This document shows, piece by piece, positions 1 to 12,246 of a stretch of 64,000 nt of DNA. Source of the stretch: Lama glama. Lineage: Eukaryota. Below the pieces are notes generated by a model that was given only the letters and a program-made list of their open reading frames with translations, did no database searches and was not told the origin of the DNA. The translations under genes and the position numbers were made by a program. Positions within the stretch are counted from its first letter, which is position 1, and every line of letters starts with the position of its first letter. The stretch lies in assembly GCA_028534125.1 (NCBI GenBank), contig CM052833.1, forward strand, positions 18,538,001-18,602,000, in the 5' to 3' direction.

Positions 1-199
1 GTGCAGAAATAGACAGCGAACCACTCGGCTGGTCCCAGGGTAGCACCCTGGCTGGGGAGGGGGGAAGCCACCCAGAGAAAGGTGTTTCAGAGGTGCCTCC
101 ACTCTTTCCTCAAACCCCTCGGGAGCCCCACGGTGACTACCGGCTGCAGGTCACCCCCCGACCCCGCCGGGGCAGCCGCGACAGCCCAGAGCAGCTCAC

Positions 200-358
200 C
201 CCTGAAACAGGAAGAGGTTGACGTAGTTGTAGCTCTTGGTGAGGAAGTTCCCGAGGACCCGCGTCGGGTACCCGCAGCGGATCTGGTAGGCGGACAGCCC
301 GAAGTAGACGCACTTCACGAAGTACCACAGCTGGGCAACCAGGTTCTGGCTGAACTTC
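200..358 (-). CDS. PIEZO2: PIEZO2 exon ~48 (159 nt)
   Basis: tctcag|GAAGTT...TCAGGG|gtgagc; KFSQNLVAQLWYFVKCVYFGLSAYQIRCGYPTRVLGNFLTKSYNYVNLFLFQG. Confidence 0.97.
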
Positions 359-1996
359 CTGAGACACGAAAACACAGAAGGGTGAAGGAACGGAGCGCTC
401 CTCCTGCACAAAAGGACATTAACTTAGGGTAAAAAAAAAAACTGATTGCTCCCTGGCACTTGAAGTCAACTCCGTGAAGCCTCTCTGCGTGGTGGATCTC
501 TTCAAAGGCAAAAGGTGGTGTCAGAAAAATCTTACGATTATAACAAATCCCCATGAATGTGCCCCCGATTTGTTACAGCGTCATTCAGTTGTTCAGGCCG
601 CCGCCACAGTAAGTGATGGTTAAGTGGACTTGCTAACAGACATTCTCCCACCACAGGGATAATGCTGGTACCATGGTCTGACTCAAAGCTCAACAAAGGA
701 AAAACTCAAAACATGTTTTTTACTTGAAATGACCCACAGCTTGGAAGATGCAGAAGAAAGAATTCTGAGAAGTGAACCCCCATTTTTTTGCTAGACATCC
801 AGAAGGCAGGTTGCGTTGTACAGCTCATGAACGCTACTGTAAGTCTGTGCAAAAACTTAGTGGAACTAAATTTCATACTAGGAAAAACCCAGAACACATT
901 CTCAAAGAATGATGAACTGTAAGATCATTTTTAACTGTGGAAAAATGCAACATTCTGTGAGTCTTACGTGTGGTCAGTTGCATACAAATTAGAAGGACAA
1001 TAAAAGCCAAGCCCTTTGACTCAGGAAGGCCGGGGTATAGCCTTCCTTGTGCTGAGCGTTAAGAGCAACACCTGACGTTTCTTCCACAAACTGTGTATGA
1101 CTCTTCATGTTGCCTTTTGGATTTGTCTTACTTTCAATTTTGTTATAAGACGGAAACATATTGTTTTAAAACTGAAAACAGCTATTCTTGAGTCTTAAGA
1201 TCTAAGATCAAGCCAGGAAGGCGTGCACTGTGGGCCCTCCATGTGGGCGTCAGAGGCAGAGATCCCCAAATGTTCCTTAGGAAGGTCCCCCCTGCAGAGA
1301 AACCCAGCTTTGGTCCTTCAGGACCCAGTGAATGAATGGAATGGCATCGACGAGGTGTCCAGGACACACCACAGGGAGCCCGCGCCGGCTCTGCACAGCC
1401 TCGTCTCTCTGGGAACTGTCCGCGCTGGAAGGACACCAGGAAAGGACACTCCGTTCTCTCTCCTGGGAAACGTCCCTTGACTTTCCAGACCCTTAGGATG
1501 AGGACCACGTGGGGAAGAATTCATCCAGATCCACCAAAATTACATCAAAGCCTTAAAGCCATGGTGCCTTCTACTCCTTATAAAAGGACCAACCCATGTT
1601 TTACTTATTTAAAGAAAAATTTCCCTCCCGTGATGCCGCAGCAGGTCAACCTGGAACAAGCGCCAGCTCAGCGACAGACCCCGAAGTCACCGCGCTGACC
1701 GTGCTCAGGGCCGCTGCGGAGGCCCCGCGCTGGGGAATGTCCTTCTGCGTGGTTTCCGCACGTTTCATCCCCGGGGACCAGAGCTGCCCGCCTCCATGTC
1801 TGCCACGACACCCGCCGTGAACAGCTGTATGGACTGCAGGCGGCCACTGGGGGTTTGTGGGCAAAATGGAGTGATGCCCACAGAAAAAGCCACTTATCAG
1901 CTTAATTCTTCAGGATTTTGTAGCATCTCACGGCTGACATTCCAGCCAGCGGCCCTGCCTTCCCAGCCCCAGGGTGCCGGCTCCCAAAAGCCTCAC

Positions 1997-2211
1997 CTCT
2001 CGGTCACGCCCGGCAGGATGAAGAACATCCAGAAGTGAATCCCGAACACCAGGATGACCTGGAACACGACCTTGCCCAGCACCGTCTTCCGCAGGTACAG
2101 CGCTCGGTCCACCACCATGGTCCCGAACTGGATGAGCACCATGACCAGGAACGGCCCTGGGACCTGGTCCTCCGACAGCGAGGATGTGATGTCGGCGGCG
2201 GCCGAGTGTTT
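1997..2211 (-). CDS. PIEZO2: PIEZO2 exon ~47 (215 nt)
   Basis: tcccag|AAACAC...CGAGAG|gtgagg; KHSAAADITSSLSEDQVPGPFL...WMFFILPGVTER. Confidence 0.97.
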
Positions 2212-2297
2212 CTGGGAGAGACGAGGGGGTCAGGCCAGGCCCCTCGCAGGCCCCCTGTCCCTCGCCCCTGGTGTGTGGCGGCCTCTGCCCCACCTAC

Positions 2298-2445
2298 CCC
2301 AAAGGCCCAGAAGCCGAAGACGATGATGATGAAGTCCACGGTGTCGGCCAGGAACATGAGCACGTAGACGTCGGTCACGGCGCTGTAGTCAGGGTGGATG
2401 AGGTCGTAGAAGAACTGCCTGATGGGCACGTACACCTGCAGGGCC
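2298..2445 (-). CDS. PIEZO2: PIEZO2 exon ~46 (148 nt)
   Basis: tcgcag|GGCCCT...TTTGGG|gtaggt; ALQVYVPIRQFFYDLIHPDYSAVTDVYVLMFLADTVDFIIIVFGFWAFG. Confidence 0.97.
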
Positions 2446-3452
2446 CTGCGAGACACACGTGTCTGCTCGGGAGTCCGGACACAGGAGCCACCGGAGCTCC
2501 CCTCCCCCAGCCCGGCCCCGCCGCCCACGGCCCCGCCAGGGGCAGGGGGCGCTCCGCTCCAACACAGGCTGTGCGCCAGGCGGTGGCTGGCGGGACCGCA
2601 GACCTCTCCTCCTGCTCAAAGCATAAGGGGGGGTGGGAAGCCCTGGAGGTAAGGAGCCAGCTCGTCACCCGATTCAGTTACTCTCCACCTGCGAGACCTC
2701 GGCCCTGCTCGCTCTGCACGTTCGTTTCCTCGTCCATAGAAGGTGGTGATGAGGAGACCTGAGGCCCAGGGCTGCGGTGCAGTTGAAGGGGCGCCGGCCA
2801 GTGTCCGAGCCCCAGTGCACGCTGGGCAGCCCCGCCCACCCCCCTCTGGCCCTGGGCCCCTCTGGGGCTCACCTTGCTCCGTCCAGCGCTCCCCTGCTCT
2901 TGGCCTGGCCATCCGGCCTCCACCCTAACCTCACTGTGCCTGGGTTCTGCCTTCAGTTCAAGGCCACGGTCAGGTGGGGACGGCCCTCAGTCTCAGAGCC
3001 CAGACCCAGGGCCACGTCTGCTGCCTATCTGCGTCCCTGACACCTGGGAGGACCTGCGCCCTTGGCCGGAGATGGGCCGTGATGTCGGATAAGCCCCCTC
3101 CCCGAGGCGCACCTCGGCCTCCCTCCTTGGGGTGACAGTGTATCTCTGAGAGCCTTCCGGCTTGGGCCTCACATGCCTCTCTGTCTGGTATGACTCTTCC
3201 ATGATACCGCCTGCAAACACAGACCGTGAGTCCTTTTTCCAAATAGAAAAAGTATGTTTCACAAACGCCATGGACGTAAACACGAATCATCCTTGTTGGA
3301 AAGGGGTTTTTCAAAAAACAGTATCACGACGGGCTGTCTCTCTCTGCCCGAAGCAGACACCCTCCGTGTGGGGGAGGCGCTCTCGTCCTTTGCCCTGGCA
3401 GGGCCTGACCCTGGCCCCCGCCCAGCGAAGCGCGGCCACGCTGCGCACTCAC

Positions 3453-3585
3453 TTCTTGATAGCGAAGGCTCGCGCTCTGATGAGCTGTTCCTGGAGCTTT
3501 TCCACGTACAGCTCCCTCTTGCTTTTCTGCTTGATGCTCAGCACACTGCTTCCCTTCTGGCTGCTGTTCCGGGTGCTGGTGCTGC
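3453..3585 (-). CDS. PIEZO2: PIEZO2 exon ~45 (133 nt)
   Basis: ttccag|GCAGCA...CAAGAA|gtgagt; GSTSTRNSSQKGSSVLSIKQKSKRELYVEKLQEQLIRARAFAIKK. Confidence 0.96.
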
Positions 3586-4511
3586 CTGGAAGGAAAACAA
3601 GCCAGGAGGCACTGGGGGTTATGGGTCTGTCCACGCGAACGTCGCAGAACCCCGGCAGCCCCCACGGCGGAGGGGCGGGTGCAGGTGGCCAGAGGGTGAG
3701 ACGGGCTGGGTCCGCGACCGCAGATGGAGAACTTGGAACCTGCCGCCTCACGTCTGTGGGCGTAACGGGCGTCTGTGGGTTCTCACACCCGCTCTGGCCC
3801 CCTCCCGGGCCGTCGAGGTGCGCGGTCTCTGTCTCAGGAAAGAGTCGACTGGAGAATAGGTTTTATGCTAAATGGGGCCCCAGGCTTTTGTTGTGGGTTT
3901 TCCAGACTGGGTCCAGGACCCCTGCCTTTTTTCACATCCAGATTCCTTTAACTGTTACACAAATACGACGTGACCTCAGGGTCCGCCTGAAAAGTGTCTT
4001 TGTGAGCGTCTAGGAAGCTTCAGACAGGACCACGCCAGACGCGAGAGCCAGTTACCCAGGGGACACCTGTAACGCATACACACTGGCTATGTATTAAGAA
4101 ATCAGCAACTGGCTTAGGAAATCTAGATGGTCTAGCTAAAGCCCCATTGATTAAATCAATGTATTTTCAAAATAAATGCTGATTTACAGCACCCTGGACA
4201 CACCCAGCAGAATCTCTGAATGTGCTTAAAGACAAACATGTGCCCAACACCGGCTAGGTGGCCTGCTGACCACCTGTCACAAGCACCTGAAACCCTCGTC
4301 CTGCGGAAGAATCAGACACTCTGAACTGTGCAGAGGCACCGGGGCCAGGGCCTCAGCTCGGGGCTGTCTGACCGCAAAGCACTTTCCTTCCCCATGGCAG
4401 TATCCGTCTCCTCGACGGCACCCGACAGATTCCCCTGCCCCAGACCCCGGGGCCCCAGGAAAATGACTCAAGCCAGGTTCCTGCAGCCTAGGGTCACCAC
4501 GGGACGGATAC

Positions 4512-4761
4512 CTCTCTTGGACTTAGTCGAGGAAAAGCTGGACCCCTGGGACGTCTGGGAGCAGCTGGAGCGCTTCCTCCTGACGGCCGCCGGCTGCTCG
4601 GGGAAGGTCACGTGCACCGACTCCACGGACGCGGCCAGGTTGATGGACTTGAGAGAGTCAGAGGAGGCCCTTCTGCCGTGGCTGAGGGACAGCTCGTCAC
4701 CTGAGTCCTCCTTGTCCGAGCCACCATCGGCCACGTCGTCCTCATCCCACAGGCCGTGGCA
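4512..4761 (-). CDS. PIEZO2: PIEZO2 exon ~44 (250 nt)
   Basis: tcccag|TGCCAC...AGAGAG|gtatcc; CHGLWDEDD...SINLAASVESVHVTFPEQ...KSKR. Confidence 0.96.
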
Positions 4762-5049
4762 CTGGGAAGGCAGGGGAGGGGCGGCTCAGAGCGCTGCTTC
4801 AGGGCAGTAGCTGGAATGCCGCCCCGCTCGGGATCAGCAGCGTCTGCCCAGGTGAGGAAACCATGTGAAAGACGGGGTGACCAGAGCTGACAACACTGCG
4901 TTGTCAGCGGCAATTTGCCAGGAGAGCACGGCTTAAATGTTCTCTCCAAGAAAAAAAGACGTTAAGTGAGGTGGGCGTTGGGGGAGCCCTTTCACAGTTA
5001 CGGGTGTATCAAACGACCACGATCTGCCCTTTGAATACCTGACAATCTC

Positions 5050-5270
5050 CTCTGTCAGTTACACACGGATGGAGGTTACCGGGGGTAAAGAGGATGGGAC
5101 GGGATAAACTGGGAATCTGAAAACTGCTCCTCTTGGGGAGGGATGGAAATGTTAGCCGTCTGGACTGCGGTGGTGACTTCACAGGTGACGGGACATCCAT
5201 CAAAATTCATCAGAGTGAACATCTGGAATGTGTGTGGCTTACACATCTCAGCAAAGGTGTTAACAGAATA
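5050..5270 (+). mobile_element. Old L1 3' end fragment (L1MC/ME-like); boundaries approximate
   Basis: ggaggttaccggggg...gatggaaatgtt...ggactgcggtggtgacttcacaggtg...caaaattcatcag resembles recalled old L1 3' UTR. Confidence 0.55.
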
Positions 5271-5913
5271 AAACATCTTACACAAGGAAACAGGCTAATT
5301 ACACAAGAGCAGGAACAGAAGATGTCACGACAGACACGTGCGCGGGCGACCACATCTCAGTTTTAGAGCTGAGAGGTGCGTTTCGGGTTTAGCTTATAAC
5401 TCAGTGTGTGGGAAGAAACAAAAGCCCCGTCGCTGCTGGGAGGGTGACGAGTTCCTGGACCTGAGACGCTCATGGCGCGTCCCCCCAGAGCAATGCGAGA
5501 GACAGCGCTGTCGGCCCTCGGCTCTCAGGAAGCACAGCCCTGGCTTCACGGAACCATCGCGCCCGTGGTCTCGGGATTTCAGGACACGAAACTACAAGGG
5601 AAGCAGTGCTGCCAGGAGCTGGGTGGAGGTCGGGATGGAGGGACCAGCGAGGGGATCCACCCCACGCTGTACGCTCCGACGCTCTGCCTCAGGCTCGGGG
5701 GGAACTCAGCGCATCGGGCGCGAGGGACTCCGCCTCCTCAGGCCGTTCCCGCAGATGCGAACGGACGAGCAAGGGTTCAACCCCGGGTGGAGACGGGGAA
5801 ACCTTCTCCCTGATTCACTACAAACTCCACCGCTGGAAGCGACGGGCCCCACACAGGCCCCACCCACGGGCTCCCGGGGACTCGTCAGGGCTGCGCCCCA
5901 CCCCGCGCGGCAC

Positions 5914-6096
5914 CTTCAGGATGGAGCGATGGAAGAAGAGCGCCAGCAGCTGGATGAGGTCGTAGAGGACGTAGCCCTCCTTCTTCTCCACCCCGATGAT
6001 GTTCGGCGGGTGGTACGGCTTGTCCTTGTTCAGCTCCACATTCTTGTTCCAGGGAAAGAACCCAAACTGGAAGAAGTACTTGACCACGATCGCCAC
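5914..6096 (-). CDS. PIEZO2: PIEZO2 exon ~43 (183 nt)
   Basis: gtgtag|GTGGCG...CTGAAG|gtgccg; VAIVVKYFFQFGFFPWN...LFFHRSILK. Confidence 0.97.
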
Positions 6097-6269
6097 CTAC
6101 ACAGATGACAGGAAGTTGACAGCAGAGCAGCGTTAGCTCCTTCATCGTGGTGGCGCTTTCGCGGGCGTCAGCATCTATCAAGATGCACCCAACTGCACCT
6201 CTGAAACACGTGCAGCTTACTGAGCGGGAATTACACAACGAAGGTGCTTTCTGAGAAAGAACGGTTCTA

Positions 6270-6680
6270 ATTTGCAGCAGCGTGGACGGACCTAGAGTTG
6301 ATCATACTAAGTGAAGTAAGTCAGACAGAGAAACGCAACTGCCGCATTATCACTTGTATGTGGAATCTAAAAAATGATACCAATGAACTTACTTACACAA
6401 CAGAAACAGACTCACAGACACAGAAAAGAAACTGATGGTTTCCAGGGGGACAGGAGGTGGGGAGGGGCGAAATGGGAATTCGAGATCAGCAGATGCAAAC
6501 TGCTGTGTATAAGACAGATAAACAGCAAGGACCTACTGGTCAGCACAGGGAACTGCACTCAGTATCTTGTGATAAACATCACACGAAAGAACATGAAAAA
6601 GAATGTATGTATGTACCACTGAATCACTATGCTGTACCCCAGAAACTAACACTGTGAATCAACTGGACTTCAATAAAAAG
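6270..6680 (+). mobile_element. 5'-truncated L1 (ORF2 end + 3' UTR, artiodactyl type)
   Basis: tttgcagcagcgtggacggacctagag...atactaagtgaagtaagtcagacagagaaa...tggaatctaaaaaa...caataaaaa. Confidence 0.85.
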
Positions 6681-9213
6681 CTGTTTGGTTTGAAAAGCGA
6701 GGATAGTTCTACGTGGGAAACAGTGACACAAAAATTCAAGAAGCAGATTTCCCCGTGCTGACGATGTGCAGTGTGACACGTCCTCGCTGCCGCGGGCACT
6801 GGCTTCAGAGCAGGCACGTTCCACGGCGGACCTGCCAGGTCTGCCAGGGCACTCCTGCCCCAGCTCAGGCGGCTTCTGCCGTTGTGTGGAGGCGTTGGCT
6901 AATTTTACTGATTCAATTAAAGACTTCTGGACTCATTCGGCTACTAAATAAGCCATGTCGGACAAATGCGAACAGGAAGACCTTTACAGTGTACACAGCG
7001 CGGTCACGTGCAGCCTTCGGGAGCACCCAGGCTTCAGGCACACAACTGTCACTTTATTCTGACCTTTCTTCTCACCCTTTGATTGCTCACGGGAAGTTCT
7101 CTTCAAGAATAAATAAAAGTAAGCGAAACAAAAACTTGCCAGTCGTGCTGGTAACTAGCTCAGGGTGCGAACGCTGTGGAGACGTGCGCTGAGACGGGAC
7201 AGCTGACGGTCTCATTGGAAACCACATCCACCGTCTATGCCATCAGCGGTTAATTGCGTTACACACAATTCACCAATAAGAAATATTTCACAAAGTCCTC
7301 TCCCTTTAGCTCTCCTCTCTCCCTTCTTCCCACAGTCAAGCTTCTGCAAAGAGCAGCCCTGAGAGCCTCGTCTTGGTGACAGCATCCCTGTGTCCCCGAA
7401 TCCCGAGGATTGCAGCAGAAGCCTGCAGTGTGTCCACCTGCGCTTCCCCCTCACACACCCCTGCCAGCTTCCATTCCTAAAACTGCTCCTTTGCCCACTC
7501 ATGTCAGCTCCACTGTGGTTCCATCGGCCCAGACTCGTTTCCCACCCAGAAAGTAAAAATAGCCTCCCAGCTGGTCTCTAGGCCTCCGCTTGCATCACGT
7601 GTAAAAAGCTTGCTGAAACACACACTGATGGAGCCTGTCTCATTCGCCTCCTTCCACCCGAGGGACCGAGTGCTGAGCGTGAGCAAGCTCAGTGGACTGT
7701 CAGTCCTGAGGGCCTCTGCCCTGCTCCGGCTCAGCCTCTTCCCAGCAGGCACAGCGCCGTCAGTCTGGGCACATGCCAGGCTCTCTCTGCAATGACTGGA
7801 CTCCCTTTAATTTTCGTCCTTCGCTGCCCTCATTCTCCCCCCATCACCCTCCCTTCTGAGCTCACTTCTGCGGACAAGCTGCCGAGATGGCCTGTCTCCA
7901 CCTCCCAGGCTGCGTGAGGCTGGGCACCTGCTAACTCGTGTGCGTCTCCAGCGCAGGGCAGTTCTGAACAGGAGGAGATTCTGTGTTTACATCCATCCGC
8001 TTGCCGCAGTTGTGCGCGACCACTGAGAAGCAGGAACGGCCTTTTCTTTTCAACCTCCCCTTGAACCCTCCTGCCTGGCATAGCTCTGGGTCGCTGCTCC
8101 ACGGCCGGGCTGCAGGAATTAACCTCACCTCATTTCCTGACTCTGCCTGCCTCCGGGTGGCAGAGGAAACCAACCGCCCCACTTGCACTCACTGGGAAGG
8201 CTTTAAGACGAAGGCTGTGTTATCAGTGGCTCTGTCTTCCTTCTCCACATTCCTAGTACCTGCTCCTGCTTCACTCCTGGGCACAAAACTCCCCTGTGCA
8301 GAGGAGTCGGGGGGTACACCTGCACCCCAAATAGGGAGCCAGCTGTGTCCTGGGTCACCAAGTCATGGAACAGAAGTAACATTTAAGAGCCATCATTTGG
8401 GCAACGTTGTAACGGACAGGCTAACTGAAGTCACAGATGCGTATACATTTGGCTTCACATCTTTTGTTTGTACTATGGAAATAAGATAAAGGATGTCGAT
8501 ACTTTAAAATGAATTCTTTTGGGGTGATTTCATATGTAACATTGTTTTAACTCTACTGTTGGATTACTTACAAACCCACGAACTTTCTAGACTTGAACTG
8601 GACATCAGTCGTGCGTCTTAGCCTTGAAGGAGCAATTACAGTACCTGCCAGTGAAAGCTTCCCTTAGGAACCAGCTCAGGCAATGGGCCCAAACCCAGGA
8701 GCACGAGGAACCGTGCGGCCGGGGGAGTGACTCCTGGGGTCAGGGTGCCGCGGGGCTGTGAGCTGCTAGGCAGGAGAGAAGCCAGCTTGGACATCTGGGC
8801 CGAGTGTCTCTCATCCCTCATGTGTGATGGAAACGGGGTGACAGTTCACCCTTTCTGTCATTCCCGTTTTTAACTGGGTGTTTCTATGAGTTCATGTGTT
8901 GACGTGTGGAGAGTGGCTTTTGGTTAAAAAATGGGAAATACGCACATTGCATCTAAGGGCTTATGTGTTGACTGATCCAGCGTCCACTCCCTGAACACGT
9001 ACCAGCCAGGCGGGTAACTCTGGGCCCGCGAGTCAGTCTCACCCGGCTGTTTCCTCCCCTGTGAGACGGAGTAACACCTGCACCGCCTCGGGCGGGTGTG
9101 AAACGTGAACAGAGCCGGAAGCTGCCGGCCCCGACGCCTGCCAGTGTGACCACGTGCCCCCCACGCCTGCCCCGTGGCCGTCTGGGGTCAGGCAGGGGCC
9201 CCGCCCAGCGCAC

Positions 9214-9472
9214 CTCGGTGTAGACGATGGCCGTCATCCAGAAGCGCTTGCTGGGCCGCGGCACGGACAGCATGGCCCAGAGGAAGATGAGCACGGGCAG
9301 CACCAGCGTGATCATGGAGGCGGAGACCATGTGGTTGAGCACGATGACGAAGTAGCACACCGTCTCGGAGCGCGCCACCAGCGTGTTGTACATGGCGTAG
9401 AAGAGCAGCAGGAAGCGCGGCTGCCCCACGTAGAAGCGCTCCGACTCCTCCAGCTCGTCGTCGTGGAACATC
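9214..9472 (-). CDS. PIEZO2: PIEZO2 exon ~42 (259 nt)
   Basis: cggcag|GATGTT...ACCGAG|gtgcgc; MFHDDELEESERFYVGQPRF...FWMTAIVYTE. Confidence 0.97.
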
Positions 9473-9574
9473 CTGCCGGAACCGCCGCATCAGCGCCCGC
9501 CCCGCGGCCCGGGCGCTGAAGCCGGGGCGGCCCCGCGCAAGGGCAGCACGCCAAGTCGCGCACATTCCACAGGT

Positions 9575-9846
9575 TTAGAAAACAAGCCTGCGGTTAGCGG
9601 GGGCTGGAAAGGGGGGGAGGGGTAAACTGCTAGGCGGGAGAGAAGCCAGCTTGGACATCTGGCTTGCTAACTGCTGCATATAAAATAGATAAACCACAAG
9701 GGCCTGCTATAGTCAGCACCTCGTAACACCCTGTGATGAAACAGAACATGAAAAGGAACATATATAACATGTGCAACTGAATCATGAGGCTGTGCCCCAG
9801 AAGTTAGCACAACGTTGTGAGCTGACTACACTTGAGCTAAAAAAAG
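9575..9846 (+). mobile_element. L1 3' UTR fragment interrupted by a 36-bp local duplicate
   Basis: tagaaaacaagcctgcggttagc...taaaatagataaaccacaagggcct...ctgaatca...aaaaaaa; collinear with the L1 at 6420-6680. Confidence 0.75.
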
Positions 9847-10139
9847 TGGTAATAACTTTGTCTTGGTTTCTCTAAAGTACCCATTTCCGTTCTGCGTGAC
9901 CCCCCGTCCCTCCTGGCTTGCGACGAGCCCAGCTGTCTGGTGGAGTCACCCTCAGATCACGTGGCACACGGAGCTGTTAGCCCGTCACCCGGCGGCCAGG
10001 GCACCGAGGCGGTGCGCGCTCCCCGTACAACTACCACTGGGAACGGCACGTTTGCTGGGGACGTCCGGTGGCCGCTGGGCACACGGCCTCTGCACCCAAC
10101 AGCACAGCTGACACCCAGGAGGTGGCCACGGGTTCTTAC

Positions 10140-10466
10140 TTGCTCAGCAGCAGCTCGCTGGCTGTCAGCTCGTGGGTCAGGGGCGGCAGGACGCTGGCCT
10201 CCAGCCTGTCCGAGCGGCTGTCGTCAGGGCTGACCGCCATGTGGGTCTGGCCGGCTGAGTCATCCCGGGAGTCAAAGGACAGGTGCTCGAAGCTGACTGC
10301 CTTGCTGTAGGATGGCGGGGCCTCCACGTCGCCGTCCTCCGTGGGGTCCTGGAGCGACTCAGCGTCCTGGGCCCCCTCGGCCTCCTCGGCCTGCTCGGCC
10401 TCCTCCTCCTCAATGGTCTCCGTGGTCCCCTGGCGTGAGTACAGCGTGGTGCACTGGGTGGGCTCG
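10140..10466 (-). CDS. PIEZO2: PIEZO2 exon ~41 (327 nt)
   Basis: cgacag|CGAGCC...GAGCAA|gtaaga; EPTQCTTLYSRQGTTETIEE...PPLTHELTASELLLSK. Confidence 0.96.
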
Positions 10467-12078
10467 CTGTCGGGAGAGAGGACGGGCCCCGCCCGGTCTC
10501 AGCATCCCTGCGCCCCTCGAGGGGGGCTTGAGACGCCCCCAGCACACCCACACCCGCACGCCCAGGCAGGTGAGGGGGTGAAAGCACACCCCCCCAATTC
10601 CATCTGCTTTGTTCCTTCAGGATAATCCGTCTGATCTGCAGAGACGGCAGCAGCAAAACCTGACACTGACTGTGCCCTCGGCCGAGAACCGAGCCAAACC
10701 CCTGGTGGGAGGTTTTAAGTCACATCAAGGCTCCCAGCTGAGAACACGGAGATCCCCGAATGCACATACTGTACCCGTTTCTCTTGCCACGGACACCGTG
10801 TAGACATGTGAGTGAGTGAGCGAGTGAATGTGCTTGGCGGAGCCTGAGAGTGAGGAACCAGATGTGCACGAGCTCTTGGTCCTAACTCGGGGGTGTTCAG
10901 GACCCCCAGGGCTTTGGCCCAACGCGTGCACATCACGTAGAAGGCTCTTGGAACACCAAGCCAAGCCGGCCCCTGGCTAAGACTTACCTCCGAGACATGG
11001 CCTCCGAGGAAGCCGGAGATTGACTGACCGCCCCAGCGAGCTGTCAGGCCGCTGCAGCCAGCCCCCACCAGGTCTAACATGCAGCTGGATGACACCCACG
11101 ACAGCCACGCTGCCTATGGTTTTGGATATGGTCTGGCCCTGAAGGGAGTCAACAAATCCTGGTACCTCCGGGAATCAACCCAGTGGGATGGCGCAGCACA
11201 TGCCCGCCGGGACGCCTCACACGGCCGCGGCGTTCTCAGCAATGCCAGGGGCGCCAGCAGCTCTGGACTGAGGTGCGCAGCTCCCAGTGGCCAGGAGCCA
11301 GCACCCCCGATTCGCCAAAACGGACGTCAGTTTTGGGCTGGGCTACCCGGGCGAGCCGGTCGGTGTCAGGATTGGCACCCGGCCACTCACACTTTCAGAG
11401 GCAATTCGAAAAAGAGAGCGTTTGGATTTCACGCAAATAATTTTGTTTCTGAATGATTTTTGTTTTCTGGTAGGATTTGAAGAGAAAACTAGGCCCAAAG
11501 TAATCTGTTTGGACCCAGTGGGTTACAGTCTACAAAGGTGACACATTCTACTGCATAATGAGTATTTTTTCGGGTGGTAAAATATATTCTGGTTTCTATG
11601 CCATTTACACATATAACACAGATTTCTTCCCTATCCACTAAACACGACTACACACACCAGATTTTCGGATTTCTTCCTACTGCGGTGTCTTTGGATGAAA
11701 TCATGAGAAAAAGTGTCCTGTCCTTCCTGACACACTTCTCCCCGCAAGGACTGCCTACTTGAGCTCTCCGTCAAGGAGGAAACATGCTTGGCTCTTTGGA
11801 AACAGGAAGTGCAGAATACTTACAAAGTGATGGGCAATGTGTACAGTGGGGATTTTTAGGAAACTCCTAACAGACAAAAATGGAAGAGCAGTTAGTGTGA
11901 CAGAACGCTGCGCTGGGAACGACCTGCTGTGTCCCAGGCAGGGCGGCGGTTATGCTCTGGGTGGCATGCAAATCCTTAAGAAACACAAAAACCCCACACA
12001 TCACAAGAACTTCCACGTGCAGAGATGCGCGGGGAGAAGAGACAGTGACAGAGGAGGCATGCACCACAGGGGAAGCAC

Positions 12079-12246
12079 CTGGAGGCTAAGCTGGTGCTGT
12101 CAGCAGACGAGGAGGACACGTCCATGCTGAGCATTTTGCGGAGCCCGGGTCGGGCGCGCTCACTCGTTTTAGGCACAGTTTCTGGTCCGTCTAAATCGTC
12201 AAGGGTGGACTGCCTCGAGAGCAGCATGGTTGCTTCAGTGTAGCAG
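12079..12246 (-). CDS. PIEZO2: PIEZO2 alternative exon E40 (168 nt)
   Basis: ctaac branch point, tgctag|CTGCTAC...CTCCAG|gtgctt; phase 2-2; CYTEATMLLSRQSTLDDLDGPETVPKTSERARPGLRKMLSMDVSSSSADSTSLAS. Confidence 0.92.

Noticed and set aside
3162-4013. 283-aa plus-strand ORF (similarly 5338-6108, 47407-48258, 50670-51416, 16460-17050)
   Set aside because: These are antisense shadows of PIEZO2 exons or stop-poor GC-rich intron sequence, with no recognisable domain.
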